A stretch of 63,349 nt of DNA, counting the filler, from Hyphochytrium catenoides (Eukaryota; Protista; Hyphochytriomycota), in assembly GCA_900088475.1 (NCBI GenBank). It is 10 parts of 10 records of this genome, joined end to end, with 100 filler letters (N's around TTAATTAATTAA, not from the genome) between each part and the next. Parts side by side here need not be neighbours in the genome. Positions count along the whole stretch, not along the records: positions 58,541 to 60,717 come from FLMG01003499.1; positions 60,818 to 63,349 come from FLMG01002818.1; 8 more parts are not named here. The stretch is one strand, 5' to 3'. The notes beneath the pieces were generated by a model. The model had not been told where the DNA came from. It made no database searches and saw only the letters and a list, made by a program, of their open reading frames with translations. Both the position numbers and the translations under genes were made by a program. Below are positions 60,118 through 63,349 of the stretch, piece by piece (position 1 is the stretch's first letter; each line of letters starts with the position of its first letter).

Positions 60118-61746
60118 TTTTCTTAATTCTTCAGTAGCCCTAAGCCACGACACAATCTCTTGCTGTTTGTAGCCTTCGCTCTCACTAAAGCCTACAACAG
60201 AGCAGGTATTGTCACGTTCGCAGCTTATTTGAATCTGAGTTGACCACCGTGTCAGAGCCCTATGTTTCGAAGATGATGCGGGAAGCTCTGAACTAGCTGG
60301 GTTGTCGTGCTCTTAGCGACAAGCGTCTGAAGTCGCGCTGTTCCTGAAGCCTAGGTTACTGCCTCGGGTTCAGCCTGTCGACGGCAAGCCATTCTTTGAC
60401 ACTGTCTATTCTTGCATCTGGCTCCATATCCGCTTCACCTATTCCTCCTCCTCTAGTCCTTACCTTATCGAGCTATCTTCTTGTCACTCCTCTGTCCTCA
60501 TTAGGACCACTGCTCCAAAGCTAGGTGATCAACCTTCTTCCTATGCTAAGCGTACTGACGTCCTGTGTCCTCCGTCCCTCCTTCCTGTTGCCACGTCCTG
60601 GTGGGCATTATTAGTCTGTTCATCACTCAGCAGATCATGAGCTTTATAGGTCTACATCTGCTGTTGATGATGCCAAACTCTTCCCTTCTTATAAGCACCA
60701 CAAGCGCTCCTCAGTCTNNNNNNNNNNNNNNNNNNNNNNNNNNNNNNNNNNNNNNNNNNNNTTAATTAATTAANNNNNNNNNNNNNNNNNNNNNNNNNNN
60801 NNNNNNNNNNNNNNNNNCTCTCTCTCTCCCTCTCTCTTTCTCACTCTCTCACACAAACTGTCTCTCTTCCCCTTCTTTCTTCTTGGCTTGTTGCTCCAAT
60901 CCCGCGCAGTGTGATGGAGAAGAGAATAGAACCAAGTCTACGTTGATCATATCATCACTTTCCGCATCTTCCCCTAGTATTTACTGCCGTGGCAAGCACC
61001 GCGTGACTACGGACTGGTATCGCCCTACCTTCTGCTATCTGGCGGCCTCTCTTTATCCCTCCATCAGTTAGCTCGTCCTCCTCCTCCATTTACACACGTT
61101 GTCAATGCCAACTACTACCTTCCTTCCCTTCTATGGCTGCTTGGTGGTGGGTAGTATTAGTCTCCTTGGACTCTCCAGCAGCTGTTGCGGCGGGCTGCAT
61201 CGCTCTTCATCTGACTCACTTGCTGCCCACATCATCACTGTCTTATTAGCCGCAGCAGTGAGGAGCTCCAGCAGCTCAGTGCCGCCCTTCTTCCTCTTAC
61301 CACCACGCGGATCATACAGATCGATGATAAGAAAGAGAACATCATCAAAAGACCTGCCTTCTTTGTCAGTCAACAGCGCTGAGAGTCTAGAAGAAATTTT
61401 AGCTGCCCATCGAGCTTCTTTTTCATCAGTTGTGGCTGGCGGCCTGAACCATCACCACCACCTCCTGGCAAATTTCTCGACTTTAGAGTTTATTATGGGC
61501 CTTTCTTCTCTGTCTTCTTGTTACGACTTTACTCTGGAGCTCTTTATAGTACCTTCCTGTGCCACTTGCTCTAATCTATCTCAATAATGAGACGCTCTTC
61601 TCCTTATCGTTCTTCTCCGCGTCTGGCATAGCGCTAGCGTAAAGATGATCATCATCATCATCGTGATGATGGAGACAACAAGGAAGAGAAGAAAAAAAGC
61701 GCGAGAAGAAAGAGAGGAGAGCGGGGAGTATTGTCCAATGATGAGA

Positions 61747-61788
<42 letters not shown>

Positions 61789-63349
61789 GAGAGAAAGAGA
61801 GAGAGAGAGCAAAAGAGAGACTTGTCTTTTTTCCTTTGGTGAGATCTTTCCCTATGATGGACAGCTGGGCGCTTATTACTAATCCGCAGCCCTTTATGCA
61901 GAATAATAACCTAAGATTCACTTTGTTTGAGGAAGATACGCCTATTACTACTCCCTATAAGTGTTATAAAAGGCCTAATATATGACGGAGGAAAGACCAT
62001 ATTATTACAATGTAACACAAAACCAGGTCCGAAGAATCAAGCTAAAGGTAGTAATCAATGGACAAGTGATTCTTTTATGTTCCATTGTTTATAACTTGCA
62101 AAACTACCAGCCGATAGACGTCTGAGTAGTTATCGACCACTTGTGATCTTTGTGGTTGAGGTTCAGGCCCTATTGGTCCTCTCTCCCAGTGCCGTTTCTG
62201 GAACCAGAAGGGAAAGAAAGTAAAGAGCAATGAGGAAGAGGCACTCCGCATAAAAGACAGAGGAGGAAAGAGATATTGTGGAGGAAGACAGAGACAGATA
62301 TAAGAGAGGAAGAAAACACGAGGAGAGGTGCAAGAAAGAGAAGGATGAGCACAGAGAAATAACGAGGGAGAGACAAAGGACAAGAGCAGGTGCTGGGAAG
62401 GCATAAAGGAGAGAGAGAGAAAAATAGTGGGAGAGAGAGAGAAAGAGAGAGAGGGAGANNNNNNNNNNNNNNNNNNNNNNNNNNNNNNNNNNNNNNNNNN
62501 NNNNNNNNNNNNNNNNNNNNNNNNNNNNNNNNNGCTTGGCCAGCAAGGAGAAATGCTGGAAACAGATCTATCCAGAGCATCAAACGCTCACAGCGACATC
62601 TGCAGATCTTCCACCTGAACCGATCTATCAACAACTTTGCAAGACCGCCAGCACCAAAAAGAAGAGAGAAAGAGAGAACAGACAGCGTTATTTTCCAGTC
62701 ACTTCTCTCAGCAGGTTGTTTATCTCTCTCGCTACGTGAAGAGAGAGAAGAACCAACCAGAAAGGAAAGGCAAGCCCAAACAAGTCGAAGAGAGAGGCAG
62801 GCTCCATATCTCCTGCTCTTTCTCTCGGCTTCTATCAACGTCGTACCGCTAGACTTATCGAGGAGAATGAGCGACCTGACTCCTTCCAAGGGTGATCTTA
62901 AGGGTGAGACTGGCAGCAGGAAGGAAGAGAGAGAGGGAGAGACGAGAGAGAGAGGAGAGAAGGTTCAGGTTTACCATTGCTTTCCACTTGAAGAAAGGGA
63001 GAGAGGCTCGCAGCCCCATAGCCCAAAGCCTTAAATGCATGAGAAGAGCAACAATCAGACATTAGGTGGATCAGAAAGAGAGAGAGAAGAAAGTCGTCGA
63101 GCAAGAAGGGGAGAACGATTTAGCAAAGAGAGAGAGAGAGCAATAAAAGAGAGAGAGGGATAACGATAAGAGAGAGAGAGAGCGACAAGTCAGAGACATT
63201 CTGCATTGCTATGCAAGAGCTGAGCCCAGTGACTAGGGGGAGGCCGAAGAACATGCTATAACGAAGACGATGGCCTCTATATCACAGTACTAAGATCTCT
63301 CTCTCTCTCACTCTCTCTTCTTCCCTCCCTCTCTCTCTCTCTCTCTCTC

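Noticed and set aside
62075-62930. Possible minus-strand gene near the window end
   Set aside because: Exon-like patches exist, but an N gap and the lack of recognisable motifs prevent a consistent model.
1165-63349. Dozens of Ser-Leu or Glu-Arg repeat ORFs in the track
   Set aside because: They are translations of (CT)n/(GA)n microsatellites, mostly inside introns or intergenic DNA.

Overview
This is eukaryotic, intron-rich nuclear DNA from a flagellated protist; stramenopile-like is an inference from protein character only. The window is about ten separate contigs joined by artificial 100-nt spacers (44 N + TTAATTAATTAA + 44 N), so gene adjacency across spacers means nothing. The genetic code is standard. 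Spliced models built by hand support: TIM21, an SSNA1/DIP13-like coiled-coil protein, the C-terminal part of dynein-2 heavy chain, BRE1, importin-5, an intronless CBP/p300-type acetyltransferase, PEX19, TatD, the gp78/AMFR-like CUE region, exosome CSL4, axonemal dynein p28 (DNALI1), a lipocalin fragment, a CBS-domain fragment, a single-domain globin, and several orphans. Most short ORFs in the track are (CT)n/(GA)n microsatellite artefacts. The best leads are: (1) a TFIIS-type zinc ribbon, missed by the ORF track, whose catalytic RSADE hairpin is replaced by KSTVD in a basic loop; (2) a globin with an N-myristoylation motif and a Tyr-B10/Gln-E7 pocket; (3) a divergent SSNA1 paralogue; (4) strand-polarised microsatellites around genes; (5) two GC-AG introns; (6) a decayed element with 44-bp inverted repeats. 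I found no rRNA, tRNA, CRISPR array or intact transposase, and no multi-gene novel system can be demonstrated from this window.
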